Positions 32,586 to 42,349 of a DNA stretch of 64,000 nt are shown here, piece after piece. This DNA comes from Candidatus Adlerbacteria bacterium GW2011_GWA1_54_10 (GTDB lineage: Bacteria > Patescibacteriota > Minisyncoccia > Phycocordibacterales > SBAW01), in contig LCRO01000006.1 in the NCBI GenBank assembly GCA_001004665.1, positions 444 through 64,443 of the forward strand, given 5' to 3'. Every line of letters begins with the position of its first letter. Within the stretch, counting starts at the first letter, position 1. The notes beneath the pieces were generated by a model. It had not been told where the DNA came from. It worked only from the letters and a program-made list of their open reading frames with translations, and did no database searches. A program made the translations under genes and the position numbers.

Positions 32586-32902
32586 TGATGAAAAAGAAAT
32601 CTGTAAAGAGAGGGCGAAAGGTTGTAACACTCGACAGTCTGGCTATTATGGTGCAAAAGGGATTTGTGGAGGCGCGCGATCAATTAGAAGAACATAAAGT
32701 TGAATTCAAACAATTCAAGGAATCTACTAACAAATCGCTTTTTAAACTTCATTCCCAAACGGCTGTTGTAAACCAGCGGCTCGGAAATATCGAGAAGGTT
32801 CTGGGTCCATGGGTGTATGTGATTGATGCGCTTAAAGTAAATTTCCGCGACCACGAACTCCGCATTGCGCGTCTTGAGCGCAACGCTGGTTTGAAGAAAT
32901 AG
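32582..32902 (+). CDS. Hypothetical coiled-coil protein
   Basis: 'TLD.LA.MVQKGF' head plus a heptad tail; lower GC than its neighbours. Confidence 0.65.
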   Translation: MMMKKKSVKRGRKVVTLDSLAIMVQKGFVEARDQLEEHKVEFKQFKESTNKSLFKLHSQTAVVNQRLGNIEKVLGPWVYVIDALKVNFRDHELRIARLERNAGLKK

Positions 32903-32919
32903 ATGGCGGATACCGCTAG

Positions 32920-33810
32920 ATGGCATCCAATCTTTACACGCACCAGGACCAAAACATCGCCAAGACATGGCTCCTAATGGCCATGTTCGCGCTTGTCGCA
33001 ATAGGCATAGGCTGGGCGGTGTCGTGGTACTTCGACAGCCCCGGCGTGCTTGCGGTAGCTGTTATTTTTGCCGCCGCAATGAATGTCGCGAGCTACTGGT
33101 TTAGCGACAAAATAGTAGTGGCAGCAGCGCGTGCGCGGCCTGCCGACGAACGGCAATACGCCGACTTGCACAATATCATCGAGAATCTCTCGATAACCGC
33201 CGGCCTCCCCAAGCCGCGCGTATATATTATCGAGGACCCGGCGCCAAACGCCTTCGCCACGGGACGCAACGCAAAACATGCCGTCGTGGCGGTAACAACA
33301 GGACTACTACAAACGTTAGATAAAAACGAGCTTGAAGGCGTTATTGCCCACGAGCTCTCGCATGTCGGCAACAAGGACATGCTCGTCTCGACTGTTGTTG
33401 TCGTGTTGGTTGGAGTCGTAACCATTGTCTCGGATATATTTTTGCGGACGAGCATTTTCGGGCGAGGCAATAGGGAAGAGCGCGGCAATCCCATATTAGC
33501 CGTGATAGCCATCGCGTTTGTCGTACTCGCGCCTATTGTTGCGACACTTTTGCAACTTGCAATATCGCGCAAGCGCGAGTTTTTGGCCGACGCGTCCGGC
33601 GCGCTCCTTACGCGCTATCCGGAGGGGCTGGCTAATGCATTGCGCAAAATAAGCGGCTACAATGCTCCCATGCTCCACGCGAACACCGCAACGGCGCACC
33701 TTTACATTTCGAACCCGTTCGGCCCGCGCGCCGCGGCAGGCGGCCTCGCCAAGCTGTTTATGACCCACCCGCCGATAGAAGAAAGAATAAAGGCGCTCCT
33801 CGGCCAATAA
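32920..33810 (+). CDS. htpX: Zinc metalloprotease HtpX
   Basis: PNAFATG, HELSH, SR.RE..AD and THPP motifs. Confidence 0.95.
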   Translation: MASNLYTHQDQNIAKTWLLMAMFALVAIGIGWAVSWYFDSPGVLAVAVIFAAAMNVASYWFSDKIVVAAARARPADERQYADLHNIIENLSITAGLPKPRVYIIEDPAPNAFATGRNAKHAVVAVTTGLLQTLDKNELEGVIAHELSHVGNKDMLVSTVVVVLVGVVTIVSDIFLRTSIFGRGNREERGNPILAVIAIAFVVLAPIVATLLQLAISRKREFLADASGALLTRYPEGLANALRKISGYNAPMLHANTATAHLYISNPFGPRAAAGGLAKLFMTHPPIEERIKALLGQ

Positions 33811-33832
33811 TTATGTTATATTTTCTGCGCAC

Positions 33833-33919
33833 GGAAGGGTGGCTGAGTGGTCGAAGGCACCGGTTTGGAGTACCGGCATGGGGGAAACCTCATCGGGAGT
33901 TCGAATCTCCCCCCTTCCG
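33833..33919 (+). tRNA. tRNA-Ser(GGA)
   Basis: Acceptor GGAAGGG/CCCTTCC, loop ttGGAgt, long variable arm. Confidence 0.93.
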
Positions 33920-34191
33920 CAATTTTTCGAAAAGGGTTTCCGAACCAAAAATATGGTCGGCGCGAAGCGCCGTCTGTTCTGCATTCCCCCCCGCCAAATC
34001 AGAAATGCATGGAGCGTTTTTCTTTCGGGGTTGCCGTCGTACTCGGCGGCGGGCGGGGCCTCGGTCGCACTGGCACGGAATCGGAGCGTACAGCGTCGTT
34101 TAGCGCCACCACGCGCTCGGCGCGCGCGAAGTCAGTCCTCCTCCGGATGCTCGCCAAAATAGGTTCGAATGTTGTACAGTAAAGACCGCAA
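33917..34191 (-). mobile_element. Non-autonomous mini-island at the tRNA-Ser 3' end
   Basis: Bounded by a CCGCAA direct repeat (33917, 34186). The distal end encodes LRSLLYNIRTYFGEHPEED* on the minus strand, similar to 70..123. Confidence 0.65.
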
Positions 34192-34635
34192 ATGACGGTA
34201 GTCGCTCGATATCTGATAGTTTTAATACTTATGGCGGCGGTAATTGCGGCGGCTATTGTTTTCTCAAATTACCAGCAAGGTCGAATCTTGATTAGTATCG
34301 GCGGTGCAAAGGTTGAAGTGGAAATCGCGGATTCGACAGCGGAGCGTATACGGGGCCTCTCGGGCAGAGATCCGTTGCCCGAGGGCAAGGGAATGCTTTT
34401 TATTTTTGAGAGCGATGGCTATCACGGCATCTGGATGAGGGACATGCGCTTCGCGCTGGATATAGTTTGGGCCGATGCGAAAGGAAAAATAGTGACCGTT
34501 GCGCGCAATGTAGCGCCGGAAACTTATCCGAAAGTGTTCGAGCCTTCGGCGCTTGCGCGCTATGTTCTGGAAGTTCCCGCGGGATTTGCTAAGAGGAACA
34601 GCATTGCGGAGGGGGATAAAATTGTGCTAAAATAG
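34192..34635 (+). CDS. DUF192 family protein
   Basis: 'VEIAD...R..GLSGR', 'GMLFIF', 'WM.DM.F.LDI' and 'YVLEV.AG' motifs. Confidence 0.9.
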   Translation: MTVVARYLIVLILMAAVIAAAIVFSNYQQGRILISIGGAKVEVEIADSTAERIRGLSGRDPLPEGKGMLFIFESDGYHGIWMRDMRFALDIVWADAKGKIVTVARNVAPETYPKVFEPSALARYVLEVPAGFAKRNSIAEGDKIVLK

Positions 34636-34640
34636 CGTCA

Positions 34641-34994
34641 GCGCGTCGAGTAGTAGCTCCGTGCCGAAAAGGTGCGGGGAGGAAAGTCCGAACACTCAGC
34701 CCAGTTTTACCGGGCAAAGGTAGTGGGTAACGCCCATCGTGCGCTCTCTGCGGGCGCAAGAGGTGCGAACAGAGACGAGTCCCGCCGCAAGGCGGGGGTG
34801 AAACGGCTAAATCCTTACCCGAGTGCAAGGCCGTGCCCGACACACTGCAAGTATGTCGGGAGTGCCGCTCGAGCCTTGCAGTAATGCAGGGCCCAGATAA
34901 ATTACTGCTTAGTCTCGCCGAAGCTTCAGCGAAGGCGGACCCGCCTCCGCCAGGGCTATGGCGCGGTAAAACAGAATTCGGCTTACAGACGCGC
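34641..34994 (+). ncRNA. rnpB: RNase P RNA
   Basis: GAGGAAAGTCCG and ACAGAATTCGGCTTA conserved P4 motifs; terminal pairing gcgcgtc/gacgcgc. Confidence 0.95.
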
Positions 34995-35008
34995 GCGCAG
35001 AATATGTG

Positions 35009-35041
35009 AAGGCCCGGCCAACCGCCGGGCCTTTGCGTTTG
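35009..35041 (+). terminator. Terminator-like hairpin after rnpB
   Basis: aaggcccggc-caacc-gccgggcctt followed by T-rich sequence. Confidence 0.7.
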
Positions 35042-35148
35042 CAAATCCACAATTTTTTGAAGAGCGGCTGAAAAAAGTGGTATATTGGTAATAGGTTCCC
35101 TAATTAATAGAACAGGGGCATTGTGCCTCTGCAGTTATTGTAACGACT

Positions 35149-37458
35149 ATGAATTCTGTTTTAATATCGTGGTCTCGTCTCGTCTATCTGGCTGGACTGG
35201 TGCTTTGTCTCGTACTTGTCGTTCCTTTAGTATGGTTTCCCTTCGCGCTCGGAAAGACGGCTCTTTTCGCGCTCGCAATGCTCGCAGCTGCCATTCTTTT
35301 TGTTTCTGGCGGCGGAACCGCCGCGCTCTCTCGCTCGCGCGGGTTCTACATAGCCCTATTCGTCTGTCTTATACCGCTCGCATATTTGCTCTCTACGGCC
35401 TATTCCGTAAATCCAGCCGTCGCTTTTTTGGGTCAAGGAGTTGAGGTAGATACAATACTCTTCACGCTTTTGGCGTTTCTGGCCTTTATTTTATCCTTCG
35501 CGCTCTTTAGAACCTTAAGAACCGTTCGCATACTGCTCGCGACGCTTACGACGGCGCTCGTCGTCGCCGCCGCGTTCCAGTCCGCAAACATCTTTATCCC
35601 GTCCATGCCGCTCCAGTCCTTTGCCGACCAATCGGCGAATTTAATAGGCAAATGGAACGATCTCGGCATCCTGCTCGGGCTCTTGTTCCTGCTCCTTCTC
35701 TCGCGCCTCGAATTAATGAGTACGCCGCGGATTGGCGCGCGCCTGTTGTGGGCGGGACTTTCCGTTTTGACCGTCGTTCTGCTCGGGTTCGTCAACTTTG
35801 CCCTGGTGTGGTGGTTTATACTTGCAGGATCCGTCGTCATAGCCGCGACATCTTTGCTGGAGAGGCGCGGTACGGAAGCCTCTCTCCGATCAAATGGCGT
35901 GCCGTGGTTTGCCGCCGCGGGTGCAGCGCTCTCCATCGCCTTCCTCATATATGGCGGCGCCGTCAACGCAGCGCTCACGAGCTTTTTCCCGGTGTCCTCG
36001 CTTGAAGTACGGCCCTCGTACATCGCGACGCTCGAGATAGTTTCCACCGCGCGAGACGGCAAGATAAAGCCGCTCCTCATAGGTACTGGGCCGAGCACTT
36101 TTCTTCAAAATTGGCTCCTGCATAAACCCGCCGAGGTCAATCAGTCAGTCTTTTGGAATCTGGACTTCCTTGTCGGCTTTTCCACGCTGACTACCGCACT
36201 TCTCACGGTCGGCGTAATCGGGGTGCTCGCCTGGCTCGTGCCTATATCTCTCGTTTTGCTTGCGGCCGCCCGCGCCCTCCGGCAGAAATTCCTGACCAGG
36301 GAGGATATCGGAGAGGCCACAAGTATTGTGCTCTCGAGCTCGTTCCTTTTTGCGGTGCTTCTTTTGTACGTGCCGAGCCCCAATATCGTGCTGGCGGCCT
36401 TTATCTCGGCCGGCGCGGCGTTCGGCTTTTTGTGGCGTCAGGGCCGGCCGCGCGAGGAGGCCGCAAATACGGGTTTTAACCGGCTCGCGGCCGCCGCGGT
36501 CGCGGTCTTGCTTGTCGCGCTCTCGATTGTTCCGGCTATATTCGGAGCCAAGCGCCTTGCGTCGAATGCATTCATTGCATACGGCCAGGCGGCTCTCGCG
36601 CAGGGCGACGAGGACTCGGCGCTTGCCGCGTCGGCTCGCGCCGCAATATTCGAGGAGACCAGCGACTCGCTCATGCTGAAGACTGGCGCTGGTATGGAAA
36701 AGCTCGTTTCTATCGCCGCCACAGTGGGAGAGCCGACGGATGATGTCCGCCGACAGTTTACCTCTCTCGTTCAGGAAAGCATCGCGGCGGGGCAGAGGGC
36801 CCACGACCAAAATCCGGCCGACTATCGTCCGGATGTGGCGCTCGGGAAAATTTATGACTTTCTTGCCGGTCTCCGCGTTCAGGGCGCGGAGGATAGCGCC
36901 CGCGCCGCTTACGACGCAGCCGCAGAGCGCAACCCGACCAATCCGCAGATACCGCTCTTGCGCGCGGTCTTTGAAGCGCGCGCGGGCAATATGCAGCAGG
37001 CGCAAGTTTTTGTCTCGCAAGCATTGACGCAAAAGTCCAACTACACCGATGCGATGCTGTTCGTCGTGCAGACCGCGGCTGCAAGCAACGACATGCCTAC
37101 GGCCACGCGCGCCGCGCAGGCGGCGGCGCAAACAGCGCCCGGGGTCCCGTCAATCTGGTTCCAGCTGGGGCTCCTGTATTACTCGCAGGGGATGATGAGC
37201 GAGTCCATTACTTCGCTCCGGCAGGCGATCTCGCTCGCGCCCGACTATGCCAACGCGAAGTATTTCCTCGGCCTCGCGCTTGCGGCGGAGGGGCAGAATG
37301 AAGAGGCGTTGAATCTTTTTGCAGACCTGCAAAAAGGCAATCCCGATAACGAGGAGGTGCTGTCAATAATAAATAACCTACAGCAAGGAAATGAGCCGTT
37401 CGCAGGCGTAAAAGATGAAAAACCGGAGCAGCGCGCAACTGCGCCGATAGCGGAGTAA
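35149..37458 (+). CDS. Polytopic membrane protein (O-antigen ligase-like) with C-terminal TPRs
   Basis: About 12 TM segments, 'G.GP.TF' loop, TPR motifs such as 'P.YANA.YFLG'. Confidence 0.75.
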   Translation: MNSVLISWSRLVYLAGLVLCLVLVVPLVWFPFALGKTALFALAMLAAAILFVSGGGTAALSRSRGFYIALFVCLIPLAYLLSTAYSVNPAVAFLGQGVEVDTILFTLLAFLAFILSFALFRTLRTVRILLATLTTALVVAAAFQSANIFIPSMPLQSFADQSANLIGKWNDLGILLGLLFLLLLSRLELMSTPRIGARLLWAGLSVLTVVLLGFVNFALVWWFILAGSVVIAATSLLERRGTEASLRSNGVPWFAAAGAALSIAFLIYGGAVNAALTSFFPVSSLEVRPSYIATLEIVSTARDGKIKPLLIGTGPSTFLQNWLLHKPAEVNQSVFWNLDFLVGFSTLTTALLTVGVIGVLAWLVPISLVLLAAARALRQKFLTREDIGEATSIVLSSSFLFAVLLLYVPSPNIVLAAFISAGAAFGFLWRQGRPREEAANTGFNRLAAAAVAVLLVALSIVPAIFGAKRLASNAFIAYGQAALAQGDEDSALAASARAAIFEETSDSLMLKTGAGMEKLVSIAATVGEPTDDVRRQFTSLVQESIAAGQRAHDQNPADYRPDVALGKIYDFLAGLRVQGAEDSARAAYDAAAERNPTNPQIPLLRAVFEARAGNMQQAQVFVSQALTQKSNYTDAMLFVVQTAAASNDMPTATRAAQAAAQTAPGVPSIWFQLGLLYYSQGMMSESITSLRQAISLAPDYANAKYFLGLALAAEGQNEEALNLFADLQKGNPDNEEVLSIINNLQQGNEPFAGVKDEKPEQRATAPIAE

Positions 37459-37468
37459 TATATGTTCT

Positions 37469-39093
37469 ATGAGTCCCAAAGAAGCAGCCTCTAGCGGGGT
37501 GGGGCTTTTTGCGCGCCTCGCGGCTCCGGTGCGTGGCCTGCATCAGGCTGCGTACCTGCTTGCGCTCTTTGCACTGCTTTCTCAAATACTCGCGCTGGTG
37601 CGCGATCGCCTGCTTGCGGGATCCTTCGGCGCGTCGGAAACTCTTGACCTGTACTTTGCAGCCTTCCGCCTTCCGGATCTCCTGTTCGCCTCCATTGCGT
37701 CTTTGCTCTCGCTCTACGCGCTGATGCCCGCGCTCTCGCGGCTCGAGAGTGAAAGCGAGGGCTACGCGGCGTCTTTTTTACGCCGGAGCCTACTTGTTTT
37801 CTTTGCCGCGATGGCGGCCGCAAGCGCCGTCGCTTTTGTTTTTGCACCGGAGCTGGTTGCGCTCATAGCTCCCGGCATCGCGGGCCCCCACGCCAATGAC
37901 GTTGGCGTGGGGGCCGGAGAAAAACTTGTGTCACTCACCCGCATTCTACTGCTCCAGCCGATACTGCTCGGCGCATCCAACATTGTCGCGGCGCTGACAC
38001 AGTTTAGACACCGCTTCGTGCTCTATGCTCTCTCGCCTCTGCTTTATAACCTCGGGATCATATTCGGACTTGTTTTCCTTTATCCGGCCTTGGGGCTTAC
38101 GGGACTTGGGATCGGGGTAGTGATGGGCGCCGCTCTGCACCTTTGCGTACAGCTGCCGTTTTTTGCAGGCGAGCGCGGCAGGGCATTGCCCTGGAAAAAG
38201 GCTGGAGGGGAGCTTGCTGGGGCTCTTGCGCTGTCTGTTCCGCGCACGCTCACGCTCATGGGCGGACAATTTGCACTGCTTGTGCTTACTGCGCTGGCTT
38301 CGCTTGCGGAGAGGGGCTCCATTGCGGTTTTTACGTTCGGGTTCAACCTGCTTGGCGTGCCGCTTGCGATTATCGGCGTTTCATATTCGGTGGCGGCATT
38401 TCCTACACTGTCGAATCTGCACGCCAGTGGCCGGCGTACTGAATTTCTGCAGCACATAAGCACGGCTCTGCGGCACATCCTGTTTTGGACGATACCCGCG
38501 ACGGTTTTCATCATTGTTCTTCGCGCCCAGCTCGTACGCGTCATTTTGGGCTCGGGCGCTTTCGATTGGGATGCAACGCGGCTTGTCGCCGCGTCACTCG
38601 CGCTCTTTGCGCTGGCTCTCGCCGCACAGTCAATAACACTGCTTGCCGTGCGTGCATATTATGCCGCCGGGCAGACGGCGCGCCCGCTGATTTTCTCCGC
38701 CGTGTCGGTCGCGGCGACCGCCGCCTTCGCGATGCTCCTTTCGATGCTCTTTGGAGCGAGTCATTTCATGCGCGACTTTTTGGAATCTATTTTGAGGGTT
38801 CCCGATATCCCCGGAACCGAAGTCCTGATGCTCCCGCTCGCTTATGCGCTCGGCGCAATTTTGCAGGCGGCTCTTCTGCTTTATTTTTTCGCGCGCGATT
38901 TTGCGCTCCCGCTCCGGCCGCTGTCGCGGCTTTCCCTGCAGAGTTTCAGCGCCGCCGTACTCTTTTGGGTCTTGTGGCGACGACTATTGTGCTTGTCGCC
39001 ATGCGCAATAATGAAATAGCGGAAGTTTGGAGCGCTCTCCATGGGCGGCTCGTAAAGGGACCGCCGGCGCTCGAGTCGACCGAAGTTTCATAA
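37469..39093 (+). CDS. murJ: Lipid II flippase MurJ (3' frameshift/deletion near 38958)
   Basis: 'LVRDRLLA.FG..LD.Y.AAFR.PD' and 'GVS.SVAAFPTL' motifs; the C-terminal tail is in a different frame. Confidence 0.85.
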
Positions 39094-39111
39094 CGTGATA
39101 CCAATATACGA

Positions 39112-40960
39112 ATGCAAAATGATATATATGTCCGCAACTTCAGCATCATAAGTCATGTTGATCATGGCAAATCGACCCTTGCCGACCGGCTTCTTGAGCT
39201 TACGGGCACCATAGAGAAGCGCAAAATGCGCGAACAGGTTCTCGACTCGATGGAGCTCGAACGCGAGCGCGGCATTACGATAAAAATGCAGCCGGTGCGC
39301 ATGCGGTATGAGGAGTATGTGCTGAATCTTATAGATACACCAGGGCATGTAGATTTTTCCTACGAAGTTTCCCGCGCGCTTTCCGCCGTCGAGGGCGCAC
39401 TGCTCTTGGTGGACGCTACGGAGGGCGTGCAGGCGCAGACACTCTCGGTTTTGCGCTTAGCGCAGGCTCAAGGACTCGCCATCGTTCCGGCCATCTCCAA
39501 AATAGATTCGCCGCTGGCGAAAATTGATGACGTAAGGCGCCAAGTGGCAAAACTGCTCGCGATTATGGAAGAGGAAATTTTATTATGCTCAGGCAAAACC
39601 GGGGAGGGAGTTGAAAGCGTGCTTAAGGCAATAGTCGAAAGAATTCCGGCTCCAAAACCTGCCTCGGCAAAACCAGCAAATTCCGGGTACGGCGATTGCC
39701 TCGCCGTCGCTCGGCAAACCCCCTCCATTTGCTGTTTTGCCTCTGCAGGCTCTCATATTCGACTTTCAGTATTCCGACCATCAGGGCGTAATAGTGTACT
39801 TGCGTGTCTTTGGCGGCAACATCAAAAAAGGCGACACACTGGAGTTTGCGATGAGCGGTCGCGCATTTTCCGCACTTGAGGTGGGAATATTTGCTCCTGC
39901 TCCGCAACCTGTCAGCGAGCTCTCTGCCGGTTCTATAGGCTATGTAGTGACTGGTATCAAGGAAGCTGGTTTCGCACGCGTGGGCGACACTATACGGCAA
40001 AAAGGCTCCAAGACGTCAATTCTGCCCGGTTATGCCGAGCCGCACCCCGTTGTCTGGGCAAGCTTGTATCCCGAAAGCCAGGATAACTTTACCGCCCTGC
40101 GGCAGGCCCTTATGCGCCTAAGGCTTAGCGACTCGGCGCTGTCGTTCGAGGAGGAGTCCTCGGGCATTCTCGGCCGCGGATTCCGGTGCGGCCTCCTCGG
40201 CATGCTTCATCTTGAGATAGTTACCGAACGTCTGCGGCGCGAATTTAATTTAAGGCTTATCGTAACCATGCCGACCGTGCATTATGAGGTCGAGCTTAAA
40301 AACGGTAAACGCATTACGATATACTCGCCCGCGCTCTTTCCGGAGCATGGAGATGTTCAAAAAGTGTATGAGCCTTACGTGGAAGCTGAAATCATTTTGC
40401 CCGCCGAATATCTTGGCGCACTCACTACTTTGCTGTACGAGCATGAGACAAAGGCCGCATCAACCGACACCTTCAGCGAGGGTCGGATGATAATAAAGGC
40501 AATAATGCCCCTGCGGGAGCTTATGCGTAATTTCTTTGACAAAGTTAAGAGCATTTCACAGGGATATGCGTCTGTGGCATGGGAGATGCGCGACCTGCGC
40601 GAGGCGCAAGTTACCAAGCTCGACATATTGATTGCGGACGAGAGCATACCGGCTTTCGCCCGTATAGTCTCCGAGCATCGCGCGCAAGGCGAGGCGGTAA
40701 GCGCCGTGGAGAAGCTCTATAAAATTTTGCCGCGCCAGCTATTTGCGGCAAAAATACAAGGCAAGGCTCTGGGGCGCATACTGTCATCGCGCACCCTGCC
40801 GCCCCTGCGGAAGGACGTTACCGGGTACCTCTATGGCGGCGACAGGACCCGCAAAATGAAGCTCTGGGCAAAGCAAAAACGCGGCAAGGAAAAGCTAAAA
40901 GAGCGCGGGAAAGTGAATATCCCAGAAGAAGTGTTCTATAAAATGATCAAGAGCGAATAG
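39112..40960 (+). pseudogene. lepA: Elongation factor 4 (LepA), frameshifted within an inserted palindrome
   Basis: [12 protein letters not shown] and DTPGHVDF in the first frame; GFRCG.LG.LH and GGD.TRK.KL in the +1 frame after ~39740. Confidence 0.92.
39658..39749. repeat. Palindromic element inserted in lepA
   Basis: Homologous to the reverse complement of 51852..51960 in tsaD but lacking a 26-nt inner hairpin segment. Confidence 0.85.
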
Positions 40961-40963
40961 CCC

Positions 40964-41065
40964 TTAGAAAAGATAGATAAAATAGGAGAATATCAGCGAC
41001 ACTATCATAAGAACGGCCACGACGCCGAATGCCTTTGTTATACGCTCCCTGTTCTTTCCAAACAT
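40964..41065 (-). CDS. Small membrane peptide (33 aa)
   Basis: MFGKNRERITKAFGVVAVLMIVSLIFSYFIYLF*. Confidence 0.45.
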   Translation of the reverse strand: MFGKNRERITKAFGVVAVLMIVSLIFSYFIYLF

Positions 41066-41083
41066 GAAGGTATACTAGCAAAT

Positions 41084-41467
41084 ATGCAGGAGTTTCGCCA
41101 GCGCCGCGCGAACAAGGCAAGCGTGCCCCGAGTGCTTATGCGCATGGCCGGTGCCGCGCTCCTGCTTTTTTTGACTTTTACCGCGGCGCGCGCGACGTAC
41201 GGCATGTACGGGAGATTCAGCGGCGCAAGCTCGCACAACGCGGCCTCAACCGCAAAACAGAGCGAGCTCGAAAGTGAGCTCGCGCGGCTTAAAGACAGTG
41301 TCGGGGAGTTGCAAAGCGAGCGCGGGGTCGAGGAGGCCTTGCGCGAGCGCTACGGGCTTGCGAGGCCGGGCGAGGGCGAGATACGTATAGTACGGCAGGC
41401 GCCGCTTCGGGGTGGCGAGGAGCCCGGTTTCCTCGAGCGCGTTTGGAACAGGTTGTTCGTATGGTAA
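41084..41467 (+). CDS. Septum formation initiator (FtsB/DivIC-like)
   Basis: TM segment, coiled coil and 'GVEE.LRE.YG..RPGE'. Confidence 0.8.
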   Translation: MQEFRQRRANKASVPRVLMRMAGAALLLFLTFTAARATYGMYGRFSGASSHNAASTAKQSELESELARLKDSVGELQSERGVEEALRERYGLARPGEGEIRIVRQAPLRGGEEPGFLERVWNRLFVW

Positions 41468-41489
41468 AATCTTTTTCGCGAGCGCGAAA

Positions 41490-41563
41490 GCGGGATTAGT
41501 TTAATGGCAGAACTTCTGCTTCCCAAGCAGGTGGCGCGAGTTCGATTCTCGCATCCCGCACCA
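41490..41563 (+). tRNA. tRNA-Gly(CCC)
   Basis: Acceptor GCGGGAT/ATCCCGC, loop ttCCCaa, encoded CCA. Confidence 0.93.
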
Positions 41564-41763
41564 ATACAGAACTCAACGGCTTTTTCAAAGCCAAAAGGTG
41601 GGACGCGCGAAGCGCGTCCCACTGATTTTCCCCCATTTTTCCAAACGAATTCAGAATTTTTGGCGCGCTTGCGCGCACCTGTTTTTCGCCGAGGAGGAGG
41701 TTCGAGCCAAAGATTTCTTTGGCACAGACCTTTTTCGCAAAAAGGTCTGAATCAGAAGCGGAT
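41564..41763 (-). pseudogene. C-terminal remnant of a large serine recombinase reading into tRNA-Gly
   Basis: 'SDSDLFAKKVCAKEIFGSNLLL...WDALRASH..SSVLV'; same geometry as the full-length recombinase at tRNA-Phe. Confidence 0.6.
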
Positions 41764-41820
41764 ATAGATGAGATTGGCCGGATGCTCGGCGGCTGGATCC
41801 GTTCAAGCAAGGAGCGATAA
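41764..41820 (+). pseudogene. C-terminal fragment of Avd-like four-helix-bundle protein
   Basis: IDEIGRMLGGWIRSSKER* followed by the hairpin ggaagcgcccgc/gcgggcgcttcc. Confidence 0.7.
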
Positions 41821-41865
41821 GGGAAGCGCCCGCACAAGGGCGGGCGCTTCCGTGGATAGTGGGAT

Positions 41866-42250
41866 AACTGCCGAGCGGCACCGGAACCCACGTCGTCGAC
41901 GCGGTAGCCGTAACAGTAGCTGACGCTGAGCCCGACCTCGTCGAAGCTGCCGACTACCGACGGGTACTCGCCCGAGCACTTATCGGTCTTGATCGTCGTC
42001 TCGGCGCAGTGGGCCCACTTCGAGCCGTTGGGACGCTTGCCGGTCTTGCGGAAGACGAATTGGTTTTTCGTGGTCTCGGCGACCGTCGTCGCCAACCCGT
42101 ACTCCGGCGGGAGCATCTTCACGTGTTCGTCGGGCAACTTGCCCGTCGAGCCTGGGACGATTTCGATGCGCAGCAGATGCCAGCGCGGCGCAAGCGTTGT
42201 CACGTGGACATGCGGCTGGCCGTCGTGCCACGAAGTCGGGTAGAAATTCG
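41866..42250 (-). pseudogene. 5'-truncated DGR target-like (CLec) domain with variable region
   Basis: 'RWHLLR.EIVPGST.K..EH..MLP' and 'VVGSFDEVGLSVSYCYGYRVDDVG..AARQ' with NNC codons; no stop after the VR. Confidence 0.65.
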
Positions 42251-42349
42251 GCGATCTCGAACAGCGAGTTGCCGAACACGAGGCGAGCGATGCGCGTGTC
42301 CGTTTTAGGCAGATGGAACCAGCCGTTTGTCCCATTTCCGAACGAAAAG

